Shown in pieces: positions 12,601-25,957 of a DNA stretch of 64,000 nucleotides (position 1 is the first letter of the stretch; the number at the start of each line of letters is the position of its first letter). The notes under the pieces are model-generated. The model searched no databases. It was not told the DNA's origin and was given only the letters and a program-made list of their open reading frames with translations. Where the stretch lies: contig NW_026863697.1 in assembly GCF_026571515.1 (NCBI RefSeq), positions 434,001 through 498,000 on the forward strand. The letters run 5' to 3'. Source of the DNA: Ruditapes philippinarum. Its lineage: Eukaryota. Position numbers and translations under genes: made by a program.

Positions 12601-15600
12601 AACATAGCCCTTACTGAGTTTGTCATGTGTCACACATTAGAAATATGGTGATAAATACTATAAAATCTGTAATTTATTGCATATTACATGTAAACTATTT
12701 CATGCATTGTGAATATTAAAAATTGTACTGGTAAGTTCCAAATACAAATATTACATTTCATGCACGAAGGTGACAGTCTTTACTGCACATTGTTTCCCAC
12801 CACATTCTAAGATTATAATGTTTGCAATTTACGCATTATAAGCGTCATTTTACACAAAATCGTATTCTTTGTGTCTTTCTTTTACGCGCTTATACTCGTA
12901 TGCTATTTTAACTAAAACTCTCGTTATAGGTTTCCCACAACTTTTTCATTTTAATCGTCATAAGGTATATTTTATGGGTTTATTGTTAAAGTAATTTGAA
13001 ATTATGACAAGGAAGTATCTTTTTTCTACGTATATTTTATACGACCTTATGATTTCCAATTATGTAAAAATTTACGATTTAAGTAATGACAAATTACTGA
13101 CTATCATTGAAATTAAAACTGGTTTACTGTCACGCATTCTTTTAACGGTCTTCATTTAAGAGGCTTTAACGCGTCCCAAGCTAATATAATCTAAAATAAT
13201 TGTGCTTTTTATGATGCTATCTCTAAAATTAAAAAAGGGGATAAGATAAAAAAAAACCCTTTCACCTGATTATTTTATGTATAGTTTGAAATAGTTGTTT
13301 CAAAAAGAAAAACCACCGCAGTAACCAAACATCTTTAAATTCTAATTCATTTTCTGTTGTTAATTCATTTTCTTCAATATTGCACTGTTCTGTCATCTTA
13401 AGAATACATTGTACAATATGATAAACGGACGAGTTTAAAGTATCGACTCCGTCAACAGATCTAGTAATTATTCGGCAGAAATAAAGTAACTTTATTTTAA
13501 AACAAAAGACTAATAATTTAGCACTATAGCTTTATCGCCTTCGTGTTTGAAATGTCATATTCAAATTGGAACTTATAAGTACAAAAAATAACAATTTACT
13601 ATATGTCCCAATTTAGCTTGGATTGATTAAAAAGGGTTAATATAATATCATAATTTAAATTAGTAGATATTGTTTAGCAATCTGAAACACAAATCCGGTT
13701 CGAACAAAGCAAATGTGAACATGTGTACGGAATGTCGGTTTTATGAAGAATAGCATGCATTTAAACTTGTTTTAACCATTACAGTGTTGAAGCCGGCAGT
13801 GATATATTACTACCAGTGTACTGTTTGATGACTGACTTATTCTTAAAGATATAACTATGCTCATTCTTGAGTAAAATATTTTAATCACAGAAATTTATTG
13901 AAATTCATGAAATTAGTAAATAATGAACTATGTATGGGGAGCTGCGTTTCCTATCTTTAACTTTCATCTTCAACTTTCTTATCCCCAACAAAAATGTTAG
14001 AAACATGTCAAGTCCATTTTAGAACCTAAGCAGTCTAACGATTAATTAATTTGATTTTAAAACAACATTTGCCAATCCTTTCTGTGGAATAAGTTTCTAA
14101 AGATTGCCAAGAGTTATGAAATGCTGGAGACGTTTTTAATCCGTCTGGGAACCAGCTCATGCCTAAATCAACCATTTTATCACCTTACCAGTTGAATTCC
14201 TTCCTTTGTGATATGCGCTTAATTGATTTTTAGCTTTAAATGATTTTGATACCGCGTTATAATATGGAAATTACAAATATGTTCCAAGAGACACGCAACT
14301 GAAGCACATTTGGATTTCCTATGCCAGGGGTTGATAAATGATAATTTTGAAGGCCGAGTTACAAGTACATGTATAATGCTTTGTTTTTTTATGAAAATGT
14401 CACAGTGACATTGTTGTAATTTTTGTTATTGTGTATAGAATCATTAAGAATGCATTCTTTTGCAAAAAAAGGTAATATTTGAATAAAGCTATATAATAAA
14501 TATCTCAAAGGGGACAAATGTATCAAATGCGAAACGACATTATGTTTGAAACTCCGACTATAATATTTTAGAATAACATTTTGTTTCGTGATGTTTATAA
14601 TGTGTTTTTGTTGTTTCTAGATATTTATTATTATTTACTTTAGTTTATACATAGAATTATATAAAAATCGCATAAAAATCAATCATAATGTATGTGTAAA
14701 TCAAAGTGTAACACATTTTGTCTGAATTATAGGGATATATATCTAAAATAGCTGTAAAACTGTATTTAAATAGAAAATCAAATAATTTGGTGTTCGTCAG
14801 ATATTTATGAGAGAGAAAAAAACACACATTAATTACCCTTTTACTTTTTTTTTAGTAAATACTTACAGGAACCCATATAAAAAATATATAAATAAACAAA
14901 TGAACAAAAAAATAAAATAAACGGAATTTAAAAGTTTGACATTGCGGATTGTTTTACAGTTTAATATGGAAATCAATACAACAGAAGTGACATTTTTTTT
15001 GTTCTTGCCGGCCATCAGTTTTTAAATGTATACATAAATACCGCTAGCAAGAAGAATTTATCAATCAATGTCGGCGACCTCGGGCCTTTTCCGTGCCAGG
15101 GCGTTGATTACGTGAGATAATATAAGAATTACCATATGTGTACTTAATTTAAGAATGATACATGACTCGTGAAACTGTATGAAATAACACGTGCCAAAAT
15201 TTAGTGCATGTATACTTACGATACATCTAGCTTCCTCTAACAAGTCACGTCATTGTTATATTTTTTATTCAGTACGTTTTCTTGTTATCACACTATTCGC
15301 TTCAAAGTGTGGCCCAGCTTTTGTGGTAGTGTTTAATAATTCATAGGTTTCACGGACGAAGTTATTTCTTGTTTTGTAAACAAGGCGTCATTGACATGCT
15401 CGGAGAATAACTATCGCTGACTAGTATACTTAATTTTATATTATACGCCCATGTACAAAGTGGAGTAATGTGACTATTGGGACATTCATATGTATATATT
15501 ACAAACCTATAATTCTATAGTGCAACAACTAATTGATATTCACACGAAATATTAATGGTAAATGGCGGATAGTTATACAGTCAAGCTGGTGGTTACAATG

Positions 15601-16014
15601 TAGATTTTATAACATCACTGCGAATTCGTTTGCTATAAAGTTGTTGATCTGTATGCATATATGAAAATACAGTAATTTGTAATTATAGAACTTTTATAAA
15701 TGCACATGAACAAACTTTGCATGTTTTCCCGAGTCACTAGCCAGGGTTGTTGTATAAACTTCTGAGACAATTCAAACAATAAGAGGTTTATCTGTAAGTA
15801 TGACAAAAAAGCTCATTTAGCAATTTTTTGTCCAAACAAATGGAAAATACAAGGTAATTGTAGGAGTGCCATCGGGGCGAGAAAACGTCAATAAATGTAT
15901 TCAACCCATATAACATAGCTTATTATTGCATACTATTGATGCGTTATGAATACCTTGGTTAATACAGAATTATTTTAGTTCGATTGTGTAGGAAGCTATA
16001 AGCTTATAGACACA

Positions 16015-16168
16015 CTTTCGAAACAGTTCCTGGATCAAACCAGCACTGAGTTATGAGAGTAAAGTTTCTTGCTCAAGGAAACAAAGACTTGCCCCTTACA
16101 GGATTTGAACACATCCGGCTAGCGATCATTAGCATACTAGGCCGACATGTTAACAAAACGGTCATGCC
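16015..16168 (-). mobile_element. tRNA-derived CORE-type SINE relic
   Basis: GTTTCTTGCTCAAGGAAACAA CORE motif next to a reverse B-box-like segment; similar to 39352-39487. Confidence 0.7.
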
Positions 16169-16554
16169 ATAGAGAAAAACTATTATATTATCTTGTAGTT
16201 TGAAAAAGGAAGAGACGCAGAAAAATATTAAGGAAAACAGTTCATCGCCTTGAATGCAATAACATAAACAAACTATTATATTTGAAAGTGTTATTGTTTT
16301 AAGTACCTTAATGTTTACATACTTTTGGTGCAAAAGTTTGGTATCTTATGTGTATAAATATTATATAAATATTTTATTTCTACGAACAAATAATTTATCT
16401 ATGGGTTTTAATTATTCACATTTCTACTGTGAAAAAGTACTGTTACTTATGTAACACTACACAATCTTTTAAATCACATGGATGGCACACTTGATAGCTC
16501 CGATTGGCCTATTAGAATTAACATTACAAAAAAGTGACGGGTGATAGAATATTA

Positions 16555-16685
16555 AATCAAGCTAGCTTCCGAAACGTGTGTGCCTGAAACAAAATACAAA
16601 GGGGCGCCTGAGGTCTTCCTCTACCAGTAGAACTTGAAAGCTGCCATATGATATATACTATGATAATGCGACAAAACCAAAGAAA
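16555..16685 (+). mobile_element. Meta-type SINE 3' relic
   Basis: GGGGCGCCTGAGGTCTTCCTCTACCAG..GAAAGCTGCCATATG, homologous to 39586-39762. Confidence 0.65.
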
Positions 16686-17964
16686 AATCAATGTTTCTTA
16701 AATACATGTGCGTGGTCAATCGGTAACAGTGTCTGTCTGGCCGCAAATTCAGGGATTGAAAGCTCCAACCCAAAGTTTTGTGGATGTGATTTGGTGGCTA
16801 TTTCTGAAAAAAAAATGTGTGTACTTTTTGAATTATCGACTAAATGATTAAATGTGTATCGATATTCTAAAAATGTAACCTTTCTACATTGGTTTCCGGT
16901 TGCGTCTATAAATTGGCATTTGTAATTCGAACTCTGCAATATTTCTTAATGGAGAATATGAAATTCCATATCAACATTTCTTTAAATTTCAAATAAGTTG
17001 CCAGGAAACGTAAATGTCACAATATTTTTTTTCATAATTTGATATTTTATATATCTAAATAGCTGACAATATCATGATATGAAACGTAATAAGCTTTATT
17101 ATTATTTCTTCAAGTAAGAACGAATCGTATTTCTTTCGAGTAAAACGTGTTATTGAAGGCGGTGTAAATCAGAACGTAGTTAAGAACGTTTGAACCAAAC
17201 TCACTCAAACGCACGTTGTTTCCAAAATTAGACAAGCCAGGTGTGGTATGTCAATTTACAGCGGATCCATGGGTGTGTGTATCGAAGATATATTGAAATT
17301 TTCATTTATAAATACAATTTAAATTCCTGTTAATAAAGTACAACGGTTCAATTTCAAAGGTAAAGGCTGTAAGCGTTATTTAAACATACTGAAATTGCTT
17401 ATATAACTGCATATGTCAATGTTAGGTCCGATTAAAACGTTTGTTAAGAATTAACAGTTCAACTAGTTCAATGTTTCCTTTAAACACGAAAACCGGGAAA
17501 GACAAACACACGTACACAGCTTGCCATAGATGACAGTCTATAAATATATGATTGGTGAAGAGAACCAATAACATTGTGAATAATTAATGAAGTTTACCTC
17601 TCTCTTAGGAATTTATTTGTCACCATTCTCCCAGAGTTTGGACATTTAGGTTCATCTAATTGAATTGACTTGGAAACTCCAGATATCTGCCAAACATCCA
17701 TGAAATGACGGAAATTGACTGTGGTCGGTCTCCTTATAACTATAGAAATTATTGTCCTGTTTGACCATTGGTCGGTCCAGGTCATTGCAGGTAATAACTC
17801 CATTCCAGGAATACACTGGAGGATATGATTTTTGAATTATGTATATAATGAAACCAATCTACGTCTCTAATTGATTGCAGAAGTAGAATGAAATGGAATT
17901 GATGCGAGAGTCATCTGTTTGTCGTTATGAAATAAAACATTCACAATATATATCTCCAACAGTA

Positions 17965-18090
17965 AGTGGCGTGGTAACCGAGTGACTAGTGATATAAAGA
18001 ATGCTTGCCATGTGGGTCAAGCCGTTGTTTTCGTGAGCAAGAAGTTTTACACTCAATGCTAAGTACCGGTTGATCACAGGACAGTCGAAC
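17965..18090 (+). mobile_element. CORE-type SINE relic
   Basis: TGAGCAAGAAGTTTTACACTCAATGCTAAGTACCGGTTG matches the reverse complement of the 16015-16168 family. Confidence 0.55.
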
Positions 18091-18309
18091 TAACATAAGT
18101 TCGTATAAGCCAACAGTGTTACAATGTTTGTTTAATAGCAAATTTGATAGATCGAATCTCTGACCTTTTATGTGAATAAAAAAGATAGATTCAATCACAT
18201 ACTTTGACATGTTTTTCTGTTAACAAATCTGTTGCGATGTAATCCAACAATCTAATTATTGAATAAGACAGATTAAGGTCATGAAGGGATCTTTGAAGAG
18301 GTTAATTTC

Positions 18310-20358
18310 ATGGGTGATGTTAAAGTTATTTGGCAAATGGCAAATATTCTTAACAAACCAGGTTTATTATTCTTTGCCGATTATGAAAAAGCATTTGATA
18401 GTTTAAATCATCAGTTTATCTTTAATACTCTTCAAAAGTTCAATTTTGGTAAAGATTTTATACAATGGGTCAAACTTTTTTACACTGATATTTCAAGTAT
18501 TATTGTAAATAATGGTCATTTCTCAGAACCTTTTACCATAGAAAGGGGTGTTCGACAAGGATGTCCTTTATCATCATCATTATTCATCGTCTGTTTAGAA
18601 ATTTTATCCAATTACATAGAAAAAGATAGTGAAATAAAAGGAATAAAAGTTGAGGACAAAGAAATAAAACAATCCTTCTTTGCAGATGATGCAACTTTCG
18701 TAAACGATGGTTCAGTTAAGTCTTTCGAAAAACTTGTCTATGTGATAACAGAATTTAGTAAAATTTCCGGTTTAAACCTTAATTCAAAGAAATCAACAAT
18801 ATTACGAGTCGGGTCATTTAAAGATACTAACATAGAATATTGTAAAAATAGAAAATTTAAGTGGACATCTGATTCAGCAAAAACATTAGGCTTTTTATTT
18901 TCGTCAGATTACAAGAAAAATACAAACATAAATTTAGAACCTAAACTTCAAGATTTTTTCAATTGCTTAAAGCAGTGGCAACACAGAAAGCTTACGTTAA
19001 TGGGAAAAGTAATAGTGATAAAAACTTTTGCATTGCCAAAATTAATATATCCTTTTTCAGTTTTAGCAAACCCATCCAATGATAAGATGAAAGAAATAAC
19101 TAAAGCGATGTTTCACTTTCTATGGGCAGGAAAACCAGAAAAAATAAAACGCAAAACTTTAAAACTTAATATAAAAAATGGTGGACTAAAAATGATAGAC
19201 ATTACATATTATCTTAATGCAGTAAAAGCAAGCTGGGTAAAAAGGTATATAAACAAAGATAATGAGAGTTCATGGAAACTTTTTGTAAAACACAAGATAA
19301 AGCAAAATGGAAATGATTTTATCTTCCAATGTAATCTTTCAAAAAATGATATCAATAATTTATATCCACATAATTCGTTCATGAATAATGTTCTTTCGTC
19401 TTGGTTTCACATTCAGCATGAGCACAATAAAAACAAAGATAATGTTAAAGACATAGTATGGAATAATTCTAGCATTAAAATTGACAACAAACTGGTTTAT
19501 TATAAAACATGGCATGATAAAGGCATACTTTATATAGAACATCTTTATGATTATAGGAGAAAAGCCTTTTATAAATATGATGATTTTAAAGAAATTTACG
19601 GAATAGAAAATGCTGATTATTTAAGATACTTTATGCTAATAAACAATATACCAAAACAATACCTTGAGAAACTAAAAAATAACACAACTTATATGGAAGA
19701 ACAAGATACGCTTCTCAATAAAATTCAAAAATCCAAAACAATAAATAAACTTTTATATAATATCCAACTTGAAAATGATGAGAAGGTAAAAAATAAAAAT
19801 GAAGAGCAATGGGAAAAAGAAATAGATATAGAATTGAATTGGATTAAGATATATACTATACCACTACAATGTACTATAGATGTGACATTAAGAAATTTTC
19901 AGTATAAGTTCATCCATAGACTTACTGCAACAAACACTATGCTTTTCAAATATAATCTATGCAATTCAAATTTGTGTGATTTTTGCTGCAGTAGTTTAGA
20001 AACACTTCATCATCTATTTTGGGAATGTAATATTGTGCAAAATTTATGGTCAAACTTGCATTCCTTTCTCTTATCCATTAATCTTCATTTTTCATACAGT
20101 AAAGAAACAGTGTTTTTTGGAGAGCTTACAACCAATATAAATAGTAATGTAGTAAATTATATCATTATTCTAATGAAATATTACATTTTAAAAATGAAAT
20201 ATCAAGGAAGAAAGCCCACTTTTGATATTTTTAAAAACTTTTTGCTGTTAAGGATACAGATTGAAGAAGCAATTGCACTGTCAAATGATAAAATTCAATC
20301 GTACAAACAAAAATGGAGTAAATTATCTAACACTTTAACAAACAATACTGATGACTAA
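18310..20358 (+). CDS. LINE ORF2 fragment: partial reverse transcriptase + C-terminal zinc knuckle (zf-RVT)
   Basis: Motifs DYEKAFD, GVRQGCPLS, FFADD, SGLNLNSKKS, GGL and CxxC...HLFWEC. No endonuclease domain or RT N-terminus. The first ~15 codons come from flanking DNA and the TSD. Confidence 0.9.
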   Translation: MGDVKVIWQMANILNKPGLLFFADYEKAFDSLNHQFIFNTLQKFNFGKDFIQWVKLFYTDISSIIVNNGHFSEPFTIERGVRQGCPLSSSLFIVCLEILSNYIEKDSEIKGIKVEDKEIKQSFFADDATFVNDGSVKSFEKLVYVITEFSKISGLNLNSKKSTILRVGSFKDTNIEYCKNRKFKWTSDSAKTLGFLFSSDYKKNTNINLEPKLQDFFNCLKQWQHRKLTLMGKVIVIKTFALPKLIYPFSVLANPSNDKMKEITKAMFHFLWAGKPEKIKRKTLKLNIKNGGLKMIDITYYLNAVKASWVKRYINKDNESSWKLFVKHKIKQNGNDFIFQCNLSKNDINNLYPHNSFMNNVLSSWFHIQHEHNKNKDNVKDIVWNNSSIKIDNKLVYYKTWHDKGILYIEHLYDYRRKAFYKYDDFKEIYGIENADYLRYFMLINNIPKQYLEKLKNNTTYMEEQDTLLNKIQKSKTINKLLYNIQLENDEKVKNKNEEQWEKEIDIELNWIKIYTIPLQCTIDVTLRNFQYKFIHRLTATNTMLFKYNLCNSNLCDFCCSSLETLHHLFWECNIVQNLWSNLHSFLLSINLHFSYSKETVFFGELTTNINSNVVNYIIILMKYYILKMKYQGRKPTFDIFKNFLLLRIQIEEAIALSNDKIQSYKQKWSKLSNTLTNNTDD

Positions 20359-20667
20359 AACAATAATATTATGTAAATTAAACGTATAAACCATAAAACG
20401 TAAAAAATTAAATGAAACTGATTCACTTGTCTTTTTTTTCCCTGTCTTGTGTGTGTGTGTGTGTGTGTGTTGGTGTGTGTGTGCGTGTGTGCGTGTTGGT
20501 GTGTGTGTGTGTTTTTGTTTAGTGTAAGAATGATAGTTTTTTAAGTAGATCTATTCTTTTTCTTTCTGAATTTTTTGAAAGTTTTGTTTTTACTTTTTTT
20601 TCTGTGTGGAGTTTCTATGTAAATGTGAATGATTGTGTTTATATGTTTTTGAAAAATAAAATAAATG

Positions 20668-20703
<36 letters not shown>
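18354..20703 (+). mobile_element. 5'-truncated non-LTR retrotransposon (L1/Tx1-like LINE), recent insertion
   Basis: RT motifs, a 3'UTR with (GT)n, AATAAA and a poly(A) tail at 20668-20703. TSD AAATATTCTTAA at 18342-18353 and 20701-20712. Confidence 0.93.
20448..20512. repeat. (GT)n microsatellite in LINE 3'UTR
   Basis: Direct observation. Confidence 0.9.
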
Positions 20704-20706
<3 letters not shown>

Positions 20707-23700
20707 TCTTAATAATTGTAAACTTTGTAGCACCGATTACACAAAAAATACTAAATTTAGCATCTATAAATTATAAATATCCAGACACATTTTCAAGAAA
20801 CCATATTGACAATTCCTTATCACTGCATTAAAACAATCCTTTGATGGTGCAACAACATAAGAAAACGTGTGTGCGAGTGAACAATGGCCCAAACTAAAAA
20901 AATAAAATTGATCAGAGAAAAAGAGACAGGGGCAATGAAAGTCAGTTCCAATTGTCGATAATAATCAAAATTCAAAATGGGAGATATCATGACTGCGATT
21001 CTTGAATAATTGTACGGATTCTTATCTGGTGTAAGTACAAAATAAATGGGACTCAAAAGTTATACTTTTATACATGTTTGATGCGTCAAGTAAGAACGAA
21101 TGTTCAACTTAGTGAAATAACCTCGTTTTGTTGTGACAACAAATATCTGTTATTTTTACGTAAATATTAACATTGTTTTTGTAAATCTAGTCAAATCATA
21201 TTGATTCGAATTCGGGAAAAATATTATTACAGTTTGTCTGTTTCGGTTGACTGGATAGGTATAAACATTTCCCTAAAGAACTCTCTGGCGTTAATGTTCT
21301 TGGTTATAACAATGTTGCCGGAGAAATCCTTAAGAGACCAATGCTATTGATTTAGAAAGTCTCTTGTAAGCGAATGATTTTTATAAAGTCTCTTGTAAGC
21401 GAAATGTTTCAGATCAACGTCGTTATTTTAAGCAAACCCCTGACATTAGTTATAATTTGTTTACAAAACATGTTCTCGTGAACAAAATGTGTAAATATAT
21501 GTTCCCGCGAACGAAATAGATAAACTTATAACAACAATAAATCAAAGGTGTTGTCTGAAGAAGTTCAGAGCAATTGTGTTGATAAGGAAATGAAATTGCT
21601 TTGTTTGTATATTTTTTATTATTTTCCATAACACTATACGGTCAACGAGGTTGTAAGGTACAAAATGGTACGTCTCATCCAAATAATAAGTTCACAAAGT
21701 CCGTTCATAATTTAATAACACTGAAATGCTAATGCATATACCGAATTCTAAACATTGTGTATGAAACGGAACAGCAAAATTGTCGCACTTACAACTACCT
21801 CCCTCGATTGTATTTGACAATCCCTTTAGACTTCAAACTGGGTATGTCCAATTTGTTTGCAACTCTAAAATATGGTTTCTATAGAAACATAAATGTGTAT
21901 GTACGGTCATTAAAACAAACTGTTTGCAGCCGTCATTTAGCATATAAGGTTAGGAAGGGCGCGATTAAAATTTCAGGATGATTTTATTTGGAATTTTAGG
22001 TTCAGACTCATATGCGGTAAGAACATTTTCTCAGGGAAAATTATTGGGAGCACGTCTGCAGATGATAACTTTTAAATATTGGAAAGTGTCAGATCAGTTG
22101 AATCAATACTCCAATATTGAACGAATTAAAACACGTATAGTAATGCTTGCTTATTTTTCAATGTAATTTCGAGAATACGAGTACACGTATATTTGGTCTT
22201 CAAACCATATCTTGAAATCAGACAATGCCACCGAGCACACATAATTCACGTTGATAACTATGCATTAACCTTTAATCCTATTTTTTTTATAAAGTGTTTG
22301 ATTTTTTATTTTTGTGTTTTAGGATTGCAGTTTTACAAATGAAACATAACATATTTACTTCAGTTAATCGGCTCACTATTTGTAAACCCCTTGTTTATAA
22401 AACATATCCTCAAATTGTTAGCATTTACCAGATTAAATTGGTCGAACGGCGATGCCGGTCTTGATCAATTTCATTTTGCAAATGCTTACTAATTAACACT
22501 AACCTGTATTTAATACTGAACACGAACACTTACTTGCAGTAATCCTATTAAACACTGAATTTCAATCTTTAGAGTATGATGTTATGAAAAACATGACTAA
22601 GTCTAAATTTGTTTTTGCTTTTTTTATGTATCTATTTACATTCTTTAAATATGATATTGTGTTTTTGTATTAGCTTAGGCAACCTTTTGGAGCAAAGTCA
22701 TGCAGCACTAATATGCAAACCGGTTCGTCGAATTATTAAAGTTTGGTTTGTTTCTCCTATTTCATTTGCTTAGCACTATTTACATAGAATCTTTGGTTAA
22801 TTTTTTTAAACATATCGTGCTCTTAGATTTAATAAACGACCTCAAAAAAATATTGCTGCTGTTCATGCTCATATCGGTCCTGTGTTTTCTTTCTGCCCTT
22901 GATTTGGATAAAGCTGTCATGTCTCAGTACTTTTTCCCCAAAGAAAATGATATCTTACAATAAGCCGCTTAAGAAAAGGTTTCATATATTTCGGTTTAAC
23001 GGATACCGAGTTTACACAACAGTAGTTATTTGGAACAATTTCCGTGCCCGATATTGCCCTATGAAATATTTTTAGAACAATTGTAGAAAGGGGAACGTAA
23101 TCCTTGGCGTTGATGAACTTATCAGTAGATTGTAAACCTTTTTTAGGTTCTGTAGATATATCATTGTTGTAAAAGTGCATTATATTTACCAAATACATTC
23201 ATTTCATCAACAGATAATTGTGACATGAAAATGTCCTTTCAAATGAAAGCGCTTAAACGTGATGATTTAGCTATGCAACGACTGCTACCATGCGTCACAC
23301 TTCTAACTAATTTTACTCTTTATTGAATAAATGCATTGCGAATTCGCTACTATTTATGACCTGAAGTGAAAAAGATACAATATAAAATAGTCAAAATTAA
23401 ACCTTCAGTGGCCGAGCAAACTGAATATTGTAGCAGGTTTTACTAAATCGAACATGTTTATAAAAAGATTACCGTGCAAGCCCATGACATTGTTAGAGCA
23501 AAATCCGTCATTGATGCGCAACAACGGGATAAAAGTTCTAAGTATACATTTATAGGAATTTAATCTACTCCACTTCCATAAGTTGTGTTTATGAATATTC
23601 ATATAAATCTAGAAAGAAGGTGATCCCTTGGAATAAAAGTGACATGTTGCGACCAGTGACGCCGGCAAAAAATCATTCATTTGATATAAAAGGTGAAATT

Positions 23701-24757
23701 TGACAAATGCAGACGCTAGACTTTCATATTCGAAAATATTTTCCTGTCTTTATTTCTCACTTTCTTTCATTTTACACATAGTAATTGGCAATGGAGAAGA
23801 AAAATAATCGTAAAGATGTATATCGATTTACAATTTTGAGCAACGTTATAAATTATTAAAATTATATATTTTTTTGGAAATATCATTCAGGAAATCTATC
23901 CTTTTCATACTTCTTTGCATTCGTTCGAGATCGACATTTTACATTTTTTTCATATTTTTTTTTTCTTCTTAAACTTTTGCAGTATTAATAGTTTATAGAT
24001 TTACATACAATTAATTACAACATATTTATTTTCCGATCCCCGAAGATTTATAAGACCTCTGAAAACTGTATTTTCCAAATGATATTGGTGTCTATAACAT
24101 AAATTAAAATTGTATAGTGATACATCAATATTTAGTTGTTAGTGTTATTAAAGGAAAATAAGTATATTTTTAATGTAACGTTTTAACTGGAAAGGTTATT
24201 ATTTCGAGACATCATGAGGTCAAGCTATATAAACGTAGCGCTGAAATGAGATGTTTTTGTTTGTTTTTTGTTGTTGTTAATTTGGGTTTTACGTCTCACC
24301 AACACATAAAAGCTCACATGGCGTCTTTCAAAGAAGAACTCAAGTCAATTGAACACAATTTAATTTGATATTGCAAACGGAAATTTCTACGTAAATTACC
24401 AAATTAAGATCAACATATACAAATATTTATTAATATCTCTTACTGTGTGAGTCATGCAGTCGAAATATGATGATAAATACTGCAAAACCAGTCATTAATG
24501 ACATAATTATAACATGTTAATTATTACTTTGTGAATATTTGTATTTTTCTTAAAATCTTAAGATTTCTTAAAAAATTGTCTCATGTAGAGGCATACAACT
24601 TTAAATGTCAGAAACAATATCAACAAGGATAGGTTGCCTCAGATGATAATGCATTTTTCATTTACATGTTATGACGCACTCTGTCATATGTGTTAAATGT
24701 GTTATATATATATCAAACTGCACGTTTTTCTTACAAAGGCTATCTCTTACATTTCAG

Positions 24758-24905
24758 ATGCGGTTGTTCAGTAGGACACAGTGCATTTTTATTGTTTGGA
24801 GTGTTTTAAGTGCTTGTACATATGGACTCAGTGTGGACCTTTCGAGACTGAGGGATCTTAGAAGGCCTTTTATATTAGACAAACGACCGGACGCTACATG
24901 TACAG
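24758..24905 (+). CDS. Prohormone-4 / IDLSRF-like neuropeptide precursor, first coding exon (signal peptide + peptide + KR)
   Basis: tttcag|ATG acceptor and CAG|GTAAG donor (phase 1). Encodes MRLFSRTQCIFIVWSVLSACTYG-LSVDLSRLRDLRRPFILD-KR-PDATCT: a hydrophobic signal peptide, a VDLSRL motif resembling insect IDLSRF, and a dibasic site. Confidence 0.85.
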
Positions 24906-25744
24906 GTAAGTGGTCACTTTCTTCTGCAAACATTTTAGTTATGTTTTTGTCACCAACATAAAGCATATTATATATTATTGTTGCTGTAACACGCAGTATT
25001 TCAAGTATACACACTTACCGGCTGGGGTAGAATTACAACATTGTTTCGATCAGACACAGATGCTACAAAATTTCTTTAAATAAAAATGCAGTTTATCTCT
25101 TAGACAAATACTATTTGTTTTAGTAAGCATATATTTTATACTAGTTTAATTGTTAAGGAAGCTTTAAGCTCAAAGAAAGCTTCTCTGAATTTGGAAAGCG
25201 AAATGCTTGATAATTTCCGTAGAAACAGACACACAATTGACGAAGTTCAAATTGATCAAGTTGAATACAAAGAAAAGCAAAGTTAAATCAACCGTTAAGA
25301 CAGCTATTAAATAGTATTTTATAAACAATTTTAAGTTTAAGTTTAAGAGGACGGTATAAGATGGAGAAGATACAGTATGTTCTTTGTTGGATTATCAACT
25401 TTAATTTCGTTTTCACTAAAGAAGTGATCATTTCCTTGAAACAACAATTTAGATAAATGATTGACCTTTTTATTAGAAAATTCAGATATTTTGCACCCAT
25501 AAAGGTGATGAAGCATTAAGAAGGAAGTCCATATTTGATACATTTCAACTTTTGATACCCTGTGGACGAGATCACAGATATTCCCCTATATTACCACCTA
25601 GGATTAATTATTTCGTCAAGTGTTAGGAATGTGCTAATATAGGAAGGCAACATTAATTAGATTTTAGCATGGGATTGTTTCAGTCAATACATTCGGCGTA
25701 AAAACATATTGACATGAAGTTGTTTTCATAATCGTATGCATGTT

Positions 25745-25957
25745 GGTATTCTTTGGCTAACAAAAGTGGTATTTTTTTGGCTTACAAAAGTGGTATTCTT
25801 TGGTTAATAAAAAGTATTCTTTGACTAATAATAGAAGTGTTCTTAAGCTAATAAATGTGGTACTCTTTGGTTAATAAGAATAGTATTCTTTAACTAATTA
25901 AAGAAGTATTCTTTGATTCTGTGGCTAACAAAAGTGATATTCTTTGGCTAACAGAAG
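25745..25957. repeat. Diverged ~23-bp tandem array (GGTATTCTTTGGCTAACAAAAGT)
   Basis: About nine degenerate head-to-tail units. Confidence 0.8.

Noticed and set aside
17594-17830. Coding-looking GC-richer patch
   Set aside because: Several partly open frames but no consistent reading or recognisable domain.
21356-21403. Short local duplications (also ~32678, ~58692, ~63905)
   Set aside because: Ordinary two-copy slippage or repair duplications without further structure.
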